A DNA stretch of 63,465 nucleotides, counting the filler, from Folioceros fuciformis (taxonomy: Eukaryota), in NCBI GenBank assembly GCA_049999805.1. It is 16 parts of 16 records of this genome, joined end to end, with 100 filler letters (N's around TTAATTAATTAA, not from the genome) between each part and the next. Parts side by side here need not be neighbours in the genome. Positions count along the whole stretch, not along the records: positions 44,227 to 49,909 come from JBNGIO010005699.1; positions 50,010 to 53,393 come from JBNGIO010005700.1; positions 53,494 to 56,406 come from JBNGIO010005701.1; positions 56,507 to 58,310 come from JBNGIO010005702.1; positions 58,411 to 59,741 come from JBNGIO010005704.1; positions 59,842 to 61,991 come from JBNGIO010005705.1; 10 more parts are not named here. One strand, given 5' to 3'. The notes under the pieces are model-generated. The model was not told the origin of the DNA and did not search any database. It worked only from the letters and a program-made list of their open reading frames with translations. The position numbers and the translations under genes are program-made. Shown here in pieces: positions 49,500 through 62,091 of the stretch; the first letter of the stretch is position 1, and every line of letters begins with the position of its first letter.

Positions 49500-49909
49500 T
49501 GTTGAAAGGGATAACCCTACACTGGTCAACTAACCGGCTAGGTTAGGGTTCGGTGGATAGTACTTCGAAACTATATTTAAAGACCCTTTTTTGTTCTTTA
49601 TCAACACTTAATCATTTGGATAGTTTGTATGCTAATGCCTCTCGCCCTCCGGCTCTCGCTCCCCGCTGTCTACAAACTTAATATGGTATCAGAGTTTCTC
49701 TGGTTCTGATGTCCCTCTCTCGTTGCTAAGTATGCCTCGGCGAGGCGGTTCCGTCAATCAGGGGCGCGGATCGCATTTCTACAAGTGCGATAATCAGCGC
49801 CAATTTCCCAAGACGGTCCCGGCTGAAATTAACGCCCTGACATACTATCTGGCGGGAGGAACAGGTCACGATCCCTACTGGTCACAAGACCGGGAGCGTG
49901 CTGAATTAC
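49500..49909 (+). mobile_element. LTR (49500-49683) and PBS of an LTR retrotransposon inserted into the LINE RT
   Basis: LINE homology to the 11635-12207 copy ends at 49499; TGTTGA..TTAATA is followed by TGGTATCAGAG (49684-49694). Confidence 0.85.
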
Positions 49910-50009
49910 NNNNNNNNNNNNNNNNNNNNNNNNNNNNNNNNNNNNNNNNNNNNTTAATTAATTAANNNNNNNNNNNNNNNNNNNNNNNNNNNNNNNNNNN
50001 NNNNNNNNN

Positions 50010-53000
50010 CCAGTTGGGTTCATACTAGACTAGTTCTAGTTATTAGTGAACTTAGGATAGTGTAGATTATCCCATATTGAACCTGGAAGTTGTGTAGCCC
50101 TAAATGTACTACTTAAATGGAGACCTCGGGCCTCCATAGTAAGACAGTGGTGATGTGTATTGTTTTCATGGTTGTGATCACCAATACCACCCTCTCTTCT
50201 CTCCTCTCCTCTCCTACACTTGCACGTAGATTGGAGTCGATCCTATTGACAATCTCCACCTACAAATTCCCGTGGTGAAGAGGACTCACCATCTGACATT
50301 GGATAGGTGTATGGAGGGGCATTTACAGACTGATCGGGGTCCACGGACGAGCCTACAGGATGAGAATCCAGAGCTGGCTTAGGAGATGACAACTCTCTAA
50401 AGGTAACACTACGAGAGAGTAATTTTTGAAGTTTGAGGGTCGAACAGTTTGTAAGCTTTGAACTCTTCTGAGTAACCCAAGAAAATGAGGGGTTTAGCTC
50501 TAGCATCTAACTTCCCCCTCTTGGGTTCAGGAATATAAGCAAATGGAGATCCAAATACTCTAAGATGTAGAAGACTGGGTTTCCTACCCCAAAAGGCTTC
50601 ATAAGGAGTTTGACCTAGCAGAGCTGTAGTAACCACGCGATTCAAAATATATGTGGTAGCAACAATAGCTTCAGCCCAGAAGCTTTTACGTAAGGATGAC
50701 CACGAAAGCATGCTTCGTGTCATTCCCATTAGAGTTTGGTTCTTACGCTCAGCAACACCATTCTGTTGCGGAGTGTATGGAACTGATAGCTGCCTTATGA
50801 TGCCAAACTACTGGAAAAGATGATCAAACCTGTTGCCTGTAAATTCACCTCCGTTATTTGTACGGAAGCTCTTTACTAATTTTCTTGTTTGACGTTGAAC
50901 CATTGGAATCCAGGAGGCAATGGTATCAAACACGTCACTCTTAAGCTTAAGAGGAAAAGTCCAAGTGTAGCATGAAAAATCATCAGTCAACGTGAGATAA
51001 TATTCAGCACCGCCCAGAGATTTCACACGGAGTTTACCAGCTATGTCTGCATGAATTAACTCCAAGACAGATTTGGCTCTGGTTGCTATTTTATTCCTGA
51101 ATGGTAACTCTTTTTGCTTGGATAATATGCAGGAGCGACATGCCTCAAGATGCTTAAAGCAGGGAGGAAGCTGTTCTCTGTAACAGTTAGACAAGGACAT
51201 GAAGTCTAACTTAGACCTGTTAACATGTCCTAAACGCGCATGCCAAAGACTTGCTTGTAAATTACTGGCAGCCACAAGAGCCCTCACTTTGGAGTGATGA
51301 ATTGTTATTAATTGATACAAATCATTGATTAGTACAGCCTTAGCAACAAAGACTTCTGGAAGAGATTGCTGGTAGATATAACACTTCTTGTTCTCAAACT
51401 TAAAGCCATACTTCTTACTCTGAACAAGAGCTTTGATGGATAGAAGATTCTTACTCATCTTAGGGACAAAAAGTACATCATCCCAATGCAAGACTGATCC
51501 ACCAGAAAGAGGTATGTTAACTGAACGAGTTCCTTTAACCTTCACACCACGAGCATCACCTACATAAACTAGTTGAGGTGATTGCTGTTTGTGTAGGGTG
51601 GAGAAAAGTTCTCGGTTGTTGCAGACATGAGTAGTTGCGCCAGAGTCCATGAACCAAGAGGGAGACTGATCCTTATAAGAGGTCAGGCAGACTGTAAGTA
51701 CAGTACTCCCACTCTTATGCTGAGATCCAGAGGTCTTATTCTCCTTAGATGTAATGTGAGCTTCAGATCTAGGCTCCTTCTTAGGCTCACCTGCCTTCTT
51801 TTTCTTGCAGTCACGTTCCCAGTGACCGGGAATTCGTACCACTACGTTTGGTCGGAAAGGTTGAAGAGGAGGTACAAGATGTGGGGGTCTTCTTGCCCTT
51901 GTCTTTTACTTTCCACTGTCCTTTTCCTTTGGAGGCAAACAGGACTTTCTCCCCTCGCAGACGAGGAGCTGAATGGGTACGTAGGTGGCTTTGTTCTTCT
52001 TGCAAGAGAGCTCCTATGATTTCATTCAGATTTAATGATGACGGTTGGCCACTTGCTACAGCTTATATGCGTCGCGCAAGGTGGCATTCTGACTGGAGAT
52101 AAATGTTTGATAGGACGAAGGAAGGCTGGCTAAGAGTTGAGCAGTCATCTCCACCTCAGTGATCTTGGTACCTAACACGGCAAGCTGTGCCCGTAGGTGC
52201 CTCAACTTAGTGATATGAGCTCCAACCGGTTCCCCTTCCTTCAACCTAAGACTGTGAAAATTATTACGAGCTTTGATCATCGTACAAACATTTTGCACCT
52301 GGTAAGTATCAGACAGCTTCAGCTATTTCCAAGGTGTCCACTTCAGTTATAGTCGACTCATCCAGTCCAAATAATAGAATAGCAAAAGCTTCTCTGTTGC
52401 CTTTCTTCCACTTTGCTATCTCATCAGCTGTTGGTTGTGGTATTGTTGTGCTAGGTACCTTCAATGGATTGGGTATGGATCCATCCACATACTCCCACAC
52501 GTCCCTGGCATCCAGGTTAGCTTTCATTCTCGCCTTCCAACTCTCAAACCTGATGGGTCTCCCGTCAAATCTATCTTTCTCCTTAAACTCACATGAATAA
52601 GGGGATCCAACAGATGTAGATGGGGAAGCAACTGGAATGGATGCCATGACGGGCTGAACATGTACTGGATTAACAAGAGTGACAGGAAGTGATGGATCAG
52701 AGTACAGCAAAGAAAATTGGTCCAAATCTGAATCACTATCTGAGTCTACCTGCAACATAAGCTACACACTCATAAGGGTACAACTAGCCTAACGAGATAG
52801 GTAAAGGTATGAACCGGTACATTAAGAAAAACGTTTCATGAATTCTAGTTTTTAGTTCTTAAGGAAAGACCCTAAAACTATGTCATGTGAATTTTTTAAC
52901 TGAATAACGGTTCACATTTCAATGGCAGGGGACCAAGAATGCAAGAGACGTGACTCCAGCAACGAAGAGGCAAACAGCAATCGGATCCCGACACATGGAA

Positions 53001-53393
53001 GCAACAGCAAAAGGTACAACTCAAGAATGTGCTTGTTGTGCGCTCCCTTCTCACCACGCTAGATCCCAAATGCTGTAATGCACCGCTTCAAATCTGGGTA
53101 GTTGTTGCACCCTGATGATCCCCAACACTTGATTCCTCCCTCATGGGAACAAGTGATTTCAGATACAGGGCTGCAACCGGCTGAACAGCAGAGATTGAAG
53201 ATTCTCTAGAAACCTTGAGACTAGCAATGTCATTGGCAAGTAGACTGACTTCTGATTGGAGAGATTCGACATCAGAAGAAATCTGTTCAAGTTTTGGTTG
53301 AGTCTGAACAAGCAACCGAGTCATCAGGGCTTCAATGTTGTCCAACTTGGAAGAGAATCTCTTATCTGCAAAAGAACGTCTTGTAGAGTCCAA
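50010..53393 (-). mobile_element. Ty1/copia: leader ORF, gag, protease, integrase, then PPT and LTR with no RT/RNase H
   Basis: CEFKEKDRFDG, GHWERDC, WFMDSGATTH, LWHARLGH, LELIHADIAG, FRTNNGGEF; AGGTGGAGAT-TGTCA at 50261-50247 resembles a PPT plus LTR start. Confidence 0.88.
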
Positions 53394-53493
53394 NNNNNNN
53401 NNNNNNNNNNNNNNNNNNNNNNNNNNNNNNNNNNNNNTTAATTAATTAANNNNNNNNNNNNNNNNNNNNNNNNNNNNNNNNNNNNNNNNNNNN

Positions 53494-55209
53494 AGAGGAC
53501 CGGGTGGTAGGAGGTAAACATGTCTTGACAGCTACATATGTGTGTGGTGGCTCCGGAGTCTAAGAACCAACGACATGTGTCTGTTCTGGTAAGGGTGAGG
53601 CAGACTGCTAAGATGGAACTGGCTGACGACGACTTGGTAGTTGTGGTAAGGTGAGACTCGTTTCTGGGAGCTTCTCTGCGTGGCTCGCCTACCTGCTTCT
53701 TTTGGCATTCACTTTTGTAGTCACCAAGATTTTTGCACCAGTTACATGCTCGTTTGGCTGATCTTCTATCAAATGATCTGTTTTGTGAAAATTGTCGACT
53801 TGGGAAGCCCGAGAAGCTTGGAGAAGGTGGACCTCTTCGCTTGGGGAAACCTCCTTATCCTTTACCACGCCTATTTTCCTCGACCTCTGGAAGTGAAGAA
53901 GGCATGGCTTACCCCAACATTATTACGTGAGGTGCCGATTCTGCTGGATTCTTTCTTGAGCAATGCTGAAATAACATTTGAAAAGGTGTAGGCTGGTAGT
54001 GCGTTTGCGCCTACTGCCTGAAGTTTGGTGATGACGGTGCCGTTGCTGGAGAGCTTCGCTCGCAGGGACCGCAAGATGTTTACGTGTTGCTCGACGCTCT
54101 CACTGTCCNNNNNNNNNNNNNNNNNNNNNNNNNNNNNNNNNNNNNNNNNNNNNNNNNNNNNNNNNNNNNNNNNNNNNNNNNNNNNNNNNNNNNNNNNNNN
54201 NNNNNNNNAGCTATCTGGTCAAGGGTAGCTAGTGTGGTAGAGGTGAGTGAGGGCCGTGGCAGAGTGGCGTATGTGATTGACATTAGATCATGTTCTTCTA
54301 ACAGGGCTGTGATTCTCATTTGCCAGATATCGTAATCGCTTTTGTTGAATCGATCACAGTCTCTAAATTCTACTTTGGTGGTGTTAATCATCGTAGAAGT
54401 GGGATTAGGGACATAAGAGGCCATGGCTGATTTAATTGCAAGTTTCTTTGTAGGGGGCTTTGTGGTATGAAGGGAGAGTGATCAAATTTGGGCATAAAAG
54501 GCTGCGGGGCCTCGAATTAGGACTAGCAAAAAAGGTGAGGAGTGCGTGATTTACATTTGTATGTAGAAGGGAATCTGATTGATTGCGATATGCAGGGCCG
54601 AGTTGTGACTCTATGCAGTCCAATTGAATTCTCAAGTACTTAGGTGTGGCAGGTACGCTGGCTAGGGAGGAAGCGGTGTACGTGCATCCGTGTGAGTGAG
54701 AGATGGGCTTGATCGGGGCGGCCGTGGCTGGAATGCTGATAGGTGTGCTGGTAGTTGGCGTAGTCCACCGACGGCGGAGTTGCTCGTCGTGGATTTGCTT
54801 CTCTGCTATGTTGATGAAAGATCTCCCTTCAGGAGTGGGAGCGCGGTGTATTGAAGTGAAAGTCACGGAGGTGCGTTGCCTTGCCATGTTTTCCTGATTA
54901 GGATCTCTGGTCCGCTGGATTCTTCAATTGCTGCTGACCCATCCTTGTGAAGTGTGGAGCGCCAGTGACGGGAAGCAGTGGCGAAGCCATGAGGGGACGA
55001 GCCTGGGGCTCTGATATCATGTAGCGGGACAAGAATCCCTTGGAATTGATGATTCGAGCATTAATGATACGATTTAAATACAAAGTGTATTTAGTTATAA
55101 CGACGATTGATCAATTAGTAACTTGAGTAACCTACTTAACTGTTCGAACCGCTAAGCTGTGTTTAACTAGTGAGTTTATGAAACTGTCCTAATTCGGTAA
55201 CGGGTATCA
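53494..55209 (-). mobile_element. Ty1/copia 5' end: LTR ~55209-55020, PBS, 151-aa leader ORF, gag
   Basis: PBS TGATATCAGAGCC (55019-55007); gag VEFRDCDRFNKSDYDIWQMRI; MRSLRAKL..; WFLDSGATTH at about 53570. Confidence 0.85.
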
Positions 55210-56406
55210 GGCTGTGCTTAAACCTTGTTTTCTCCAACACGTTTCAGATTCCTAGAGAAGCCCGCCATTGACATACTGGCAGCTCTTCACACACACTCGG
55301 GTGGAGGAGGTGAAGGTCAGACTACACGCCGAGGTTTCGAAGGATATGCATTGAGCTTGTGATGGGGACATTTGCCATGGTGGCAGGATAGAAGACAGCA
55401 GGCTCTTGTTTGAGTTATTCTTGCACCTCCGATCTCTTGGTTTCGCATCACTATGTCCAAGGATCAGTACCCAACATCAGTTGCAAAGACTGCATCGCTT
55501 TATGGGTTGGGTGAAAGTACTCGTCATGATGGCCTTCGACTAACCTCATGGCAGAACCTACCTTGTGGGCTGTGAAAGGGACCTTTCTACACAACCTGCG
55601 CGTGGCCATCTCCAGCCTGGGTGAAAGCTGGGAGGTCAGTGGAAATATGCCATCCCATTCCCGTCTTCAAGATATGGACGGGAATGGCTTGCTACGGTTT
55701 CTACGACCCCATGCACTCAAGTCCCTCGAGAAGCTATTCACTTGTAAGACATACGTGGCCCAAGCAAGGATTCGCTCCAGAGGCCCTCCAGGCGTTTGAA
55801 GAAACAGCCGTAGTTTACTCTTATGAGCGACAATAGGTATATACTTCTTCTCCCATGCTTTACGGCCACTTTGTAGGTATTTCCAATAATCTGGAGGAGT
55901 TTTTCGCTCCGCTAGGGCCCGGTAAACAGGGTCATCTACACAGGTCGGTTCAACATTTCTCCCATCATCTACTACATCAATCGGAGGCAACTGTCCCTCA
56001 ATGACAGGCTGGCTTGCTCTCCATGCTTCATATCTTGCTCGAGCACTGGGGATGTAGTCAGGAAAGTCGTTAGAACCATCCTCCTCCTCTGTGTCTGTGG
56101 ACTCTTCCCGATAAATGGGATTGGGATTGTCTCCAAAATTCTTCCTATGTAGTTCCAGCCACTTAACCATGGGATCACCCATATACTCATCTTCACCAGG
56201 CTCCCAATATTGCTTGTCAGCCTCGTCAAAAATTGCATCCCAGTCAGGGTTCTCATCACCTAAGTCATAATCCTAATCGTAACTGTACTCGTTGACTATA
56301 AGATCTGGCTCTTCTCCTTCACGAAGCTTGTCTTCAATTACAAGTCTCCAACAGCCATTATCATCATGTCGAAGATATCCCTCCCCTGAATACTCTTTAC
56401 TGGGTT
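55201..56406 (-). repeat. Copy 2 of the acidic-ORF repeat
   Basis: Near-identical to 12744-13787 and extends ~170 bp further. Confidence 0.9.
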
Positions 56407-56506
56407 NNNNNNNNNNNNNNNNNNNNNNNNNNNNNNNNNNNNNNNNNNNNTTAATTAATTAANNNNNNNNNNNNNNNNNNNNNNNNNNNNNNNNNNNNNN
56501 NNNNNN

Positions 56507-58310
56507 GGTGATGAGAACCCTGACTGGGATGCAATTTTTGACGAGGCTGACAAGCTATATTGGGAGCCTGGTGAAGATGAGTATATGGGTGATCCCATGG
56601 TTAAGTGGCTGGAACTACATAGGAAGATTTTTGGAGACAATCCCAATCCCATTTATCGGGAAGAGTCCACAGACACAGGAGGAGGATGGTTCTGACGACT
56701 TTCCTGACTACATCCTCAGTGCTCGAGCAAGATATGAAGCATGGAGAGCAAGCCAGCCTGTCATTGAGGGACAGTTGCCTCCGATTGATGTAGTAGATGA
56801 TGGGAGAAATGTTGAACCGACCTGTGTAGATGACCCTATTTACCGGGCCCGAGCGGAGCGAAAAACTCCTCCAGATTATTGGAAATACCTACGAAGTGGC
56901 CGTAAAGCATGGGAGAAGAAGTATATACCTACTGTCGCTCATAAGAGTAAACTACGGCTGTTTCTTCAAACGCCTGGAGGGCCTCTGGAGCGAATCCCTG
57001 CTTGGGCCACGTATGTCTTACAAGTGAATAGCTTCTCGAGGGACTTGAGTGCATGGGGTCGTAGAAACCGTAGCAAGCCATTCCCGTCCATATCTTGAAG
57101 ACGGGAATGGGATGGCATATTTCCACTGACCTCCCAGCTTTCACCCAGGCTGGAGATGGCCACGCGCAGGTTGTGTAGAAAGATCCCTTTCACAGCCCAC
57201 AAGGCAGGTTCTGCCATGAGGTTAGTCGAAGGCCATCATGACGAGTACTTTCACCCAACCCATAAAGCGATGCAGTCTTTGCAACTGATGTTGGGTACTG
57301 ATCCTTGGACATAGTGATGCGAAACCAAGAGATCGGAGGTGCATGAAAAACTCAAACAAGAGCCTGCCGTCTTCTATCCTGCCACCATGGCAAATGTCAC
57401 CATCACAAGCTCAATGCATATCCTTCGAAACCTCGGCGTGCAGTCTGACCTTCACCTCCTCCACCCGAGTGTGTGTGAAGAGCTGCCAGTATGTCAATGG
57501 CGGGCTTCTCCAGGAATCTGAAACGTGTTGGAGAAAACTAGGTTTAAGCACACAGCCTGATACCCGTTACCGAATTAGGACAGTTTCATAAGCTCACTAG
57601 TTAAACACAGGTTAGCGGTTCGAACAGTTAAGTAGGTTACTCAAGTTACTAATTGATCAATCGTCGTTATAACTACAACATACACTTTGTATTTAAATCG
57701 TATCATTAATGCTTGATCATCAATTCCAAGGGATTCTTGTCCCGCTACATGGTATCAGAGCCCCAGGCTCGTCCCCTCATGGCTTCGCCGCTGCTTCCCG
57801 TCACTGGCGCTGCACACTTCACAAGGATGGGTCAGCAGCAATTGAAGAATCCAGCGGACCAGAGATCCTAATCAGGAAAACATGGCAAGGCGACGCACTT
57901 CCGCGACTTTCACTTCAATACACCACGCTCCCACTCCTGAAGGGAGATCTTTCATCAACATAGCAGAGAAGCAAATCCACGACGAGCGACTCCACCGCCG
58001 GTGGTTTACGCCAACTACCAGCACACCTATCAGCATTCCAGCCACGGCCGCCCCGATCAAGCCCATCTCTCACTCACACGGATGCACGTACACCGCTGCC
58101 TCCCTAGCCAGCGTACCTGCCACACCTAAGTACTTGAGAATTCAATTGGACTGCATAGAGTCACAACTCGGCCCTGCATATCGCAATCAATCAAATTCCC
58201 TTCTACATACAAATGTAAATCACGCACTCCTCACTTTTTTTGCTAGTCCTAATTCGAGGCCCCGCAGCCTTTTATGCCCAAATTTGATCCGCTCTCCCTT
58301 CATACCACAA
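56507..58310 (+). mobile_element. Copy 3 of the acidic-ORF repeat + Copia LTR (~57558-57749), PBS and leader ORF; inverted near-duplicate of 54460-56260
   Basis: PBS TGGTATCAGAGCC (57750-57762) after ...CCCGCTACA; MARRRTS.. ORF at 57882. Confidence 0.88.
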
Positions 58311-58410
58311 NNNNNNNNNNNNNNNNNNNNNNNNNNNNNNNNNNNNNNNNNNNNTTAATTAATTAANNNNNNNNNNNNNNNNNNNNNNNNNNNNNNNNNN
58401 NNNNNNNNNN

Positions 58411-59741
58411 AGACTTGTGCGGGCCAGTCTCAACACCCTCTTTTGGAGGAGGGGTGTACTTTTTGACCTTCATTGACGACTACAGCAGGTTTGGTCATGT
58501 GTATGTGTTAAAGCACAAAAGCGATGCCTTCGCATGCTTCAAGCTGTACAAGGCCATGGTTGAGAGACAAACTAGCAAGAAACTTATGTGCCTGCGTACG
58601 GACAATGGAGGAGAATTTGATTCTGAAGCATTCAACTCGTANNNNNNNNNNCGTACGGACAATGGAGGAGAATTTGATTCTGAAGCATTCAACTCGTACT
58701 GCGGTGACCTGGGCATATTGAGGCAATTTGCAGTGCCGTACAGCTCATCCCAGACTGGAGTGGCTGAGCGTCGGAATAGGTCTGCACATGACATAGCCAA
58801 GACATTACTTAAGCAAGCTAACTTGTTGTTAGCTTACTAGGGAGAAGCGGTTTATACAGCAAACTATTTGTACAACCGCTTACCGTGCAAGGCCCTTCAA
58901 GGGAAGACTCCGTATGAAGTGTGGTGTGGAAGGAAACCTTATATACAACACCTGTACACATTTGGCTCACCAGCATATGCCCATATTCCAAAGGAGAAGC
59001 TAGCTAACTCGAAGCTGTCAGACCGTGCCAAGAAGCTGATTTTCATTGGGTGCACCGATGGCATTAAGGCATATAAACTTTTCAATCCAAAGACTCAAAG
59101 TGCAGAGTATGCTAGAAACGTTGTTTTCAATGAGGCCAGCCTCCTTACACCTAGGCATGACCAATCAGCACCTAAACAGGCAGAGGAAGAAGCATACCTG
59201 GAATTTTCTGAAGATTCTGCCTTGGAGCCGACACCTAGAAACCCATCCACTACTAATTTGATGGGCCAGATGTCACAATTTGACCAGTCAGCAAGCAGCA
59301 TTTCCATGGATGCTGAAGATGACATTGCAACCATTGCTAGTGACGACGAGATGGCAATAGATGACCTCCCTGAAGCTAACTTGGAGGCACAAGCAAACAT
59401 GGATGTGCAACCTGAGACTGCAGGAGAGCAAGCTGCTTCCACATCACGGTATCCTTCTAGGAACCGGGCCACTCCCGTGCCATTTGACCCCAGCAAATGG
59501 ACCCGTCACACTCACACTCACTGGACAACTGGTGAGGTGGTGGAATCGATGCCAGCTACAGTGGGGGACTCTGAGAATGAAGGCGAGGATGGGGACACAA
59601 ATGGTGATGCATCCTTGCTTGCCATGTTACAGTCTGGTGTTCCAGATTTTTCTGTTGGAAAAGAAGTTGAGCAAGCCCTCGCAGTGGCACAAGTTAGTGA
59701 AATATCATAACTTAGTTAATTATAATATTGAATAGCCAGGC
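58411..59741 (+). mobile_element. Ty1/copia integrase and linker
   Basis: DLCGP, YFLTFIDDYSR, LRTDNGGEF, GVAERRNR, KTPYEVW, KAYKLFNP. Confidence 0.9.
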
Positions 59742-61512
59742 NNNNNNNNNNNNNNNNNNNNNNNNNNNNNNNNNNNNNNNNNNNNTTAATTAATTAANNN
59801 NNNNNNNNNNNNNNNNNNNNNNNNNNNNNNNNNNNNNNNNNAGGTGCATCTGCACACTGGATTAACCCTCTAACCCAGCAGCCTGCACACAAGGTCAAGG
59901 GAGCTCTCACCAAAAAAACCTCTCCCCTCAATAACAGGCCTGGCCTCTTATACTCCCTTGGCTTGGAACCCCTGTCACTGCCTAACCAAGTCAGCACACC
60001 TTAGACAGAACCCTCCACTCGTCAAAACCCTAAACCTAAGTCCGACCTAATTCTAACCCTAACTCTGATCTAACTCTAATCTAACCGAATCTTCTAANNN
60101 NNNNNNNNNNNNNNNNNNNNNNNNNNNNNNNNNNNNNNNNNNNNNNNNNNNNNNNNNNNNNNNNNNNNNNNNNNNNNNNNNNNNNNNNNNNNNNNNNTCT
60201 AATCTAACCGAATCTTCTAACCTTTCCTCTACAACACTCACTCACAGATCCAAAAAAAGGGAGAACCCATTATTTCCCAGGGGTCTGTTCAACATTTGGA
60301 GTCCACACTGGCCTTGGGTAGTAGCTGACTTTATGAGAAAAACTTGTGTTATTTAACACAAATCATTCCCTTGGGATCGAATCCCAAAGCTTTAACGACA
60401 AAGAGGGTTTGTGTGGACGTCGCAGCACCCCTGGGTGCAATTTTTTCCCCCACACTCACCCTTCTCCTCAGTCCTGTCACTCAATCCCAACAACATGCCG
60501 AGGGCCAAGGAGACTTTGGGTATAAATACCCAAGTCTTATTCACATACTAAGCCAATTCACTCACATCTTCACAAAAAAAAAACCACAACCTGTTCATTC
60601 TGCCCTTCAAAATGGGAGTCCCAAAAGTTTTTTTCCTCTACAGTGAGCGCCTTAGCACGGCATCAACAGCAGCAATGGCCGTGCCTCTACCGCAATCATG
60701 CACGGTTCCACCAACCAGAAGAATCAGGGTGCAGAGCACTTGGGCACGACTTGGTCAGTGGCTGCAGCACCTCAGGCTGAAACCCCTGCAACATCTACAG
60801 TCATGGGAGGCTTATCGAGGAGCACGACACCAGAAATAACACACTCTCAAGTGGTGGTAGAGAGTTGCAGCTACAACTGGGGTAAGTTTGAATATCAAGG
60901 TCCTAATCAACGCCCTCCTATTCTGCCTAGGTTCCCAATTCCTTACGTTGTTATGTCCAAGACCAAGATTGTGACCCCTAGCAATTAGGAAACGCCTGGC
61001 AGCCCTCGCAGATACACATGCCCATCTATTGGGCTGGTGATGAAATGCGTAGAGGTGAAGCTATGCCAAGAATTCCATGGCCACATGATTAGCATCTACA
61101 GTAAGTTTCCACATTTGTTTGTGTCTATTATTTTATTCTTGAAAAAAAATAGTTTATGCAAACAATCTGATGTTCGGCTTTGTGTATGACCTAGAAAGGT
61201 CTTAACCCCCTTGCTGAACTGTACCAATTGCCTGTGAACCATACTCCCATTGTCTCCTAACAGGATCTGAAGATAGGCTGGAAGAGGAGAACCACCTGGA
61301 GACAAAGGAGAGAATTTCTTATCAAGAGAGGAAGAAAAGATTTTCTCCTCGCACTTATGAGTGAAACTTTTTCTTCTGAGTTTGTGGACTATGATTCTTG
61401 GGAGAAAATTTCCAACTCAACAAGTTATGAGAGGAAGAGATCTTTCCCATCTCCTCCTAAAAATTTAGCCAATAATGACAGCAATGATTGGGGTTGTGTC
61501 TAGCTTGGTTGG

Positions 61513-61991
61513 CTAGTTCTTAGATGTGGTAGTGGGGCTGCCTTCATGGCTCCCCATGCTAAGAACTTTTATGTGATTTGTGTGAAGTTCCCTTCCTAAG
61601 GACATAGTTAAAATGTCTACTGGGTTTTCAGCTATTGGCACATACTCTAGATTAATCTGTCCAGATTTGATCAAGTCACGTATGAAGTGGTATTCCACTT
61701 CCACGTGCTTAGTTGTAGAGTGAAACACTAGATTGTGAGCAAGACTCATTGATCCTTGATTGTCTGTTTTAATTGTGGTGCAGGTTGGAAGCGGTAACCC
61801 AAGTTCCTTAAACATCAACTTACACCAAGCTATTTCCTTTGCAGCAGTTGTAAGTACACGATACTCAGCCTCTATGCTAGAGAAAGCCACAGTAGGTTGT
61901 TTCTTGCTGGACCAACAAATCGGTCCTCCTTTCATCGTTACTACATAGCCAGAAACTAACTTTCATGAATCTATGTCCCTAGCATAATTTG
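61513..61991 (-). mobile_element. Ty1/copia RNase H
   Basis: ICWSSKKQPTVAFSSIEAEY, TDNQGS, FHSTTKHVEVEYHFIRD. Confidence 0.9.
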
Positions 61992-62091
61992 NNNNNNNNN
62001 NNNNNNNNNNNNNNNNNNNNNNNNNNNNNNNNNNNTTAATTAATTAANNNNNNNNNNNNNNNNNNNNNNNNNNNNNNNNNNNNNNNNNNNN

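Noticed and set aside
49678-49683. Non-canonical TG..TA LTR termini as a novel integrase specificity
   Set aside because: Neighbouring bases also show C-to-T changes relative to the terminal inverted repeat, so deamination is the simpler explanation.
54460-58310. 1.8-kb inverted repeat as a hairpin-RNA locus
   Set aside because: The symmetry centre is an artificial spacer; likely haplotypes or paralogs scaffolded back to back.
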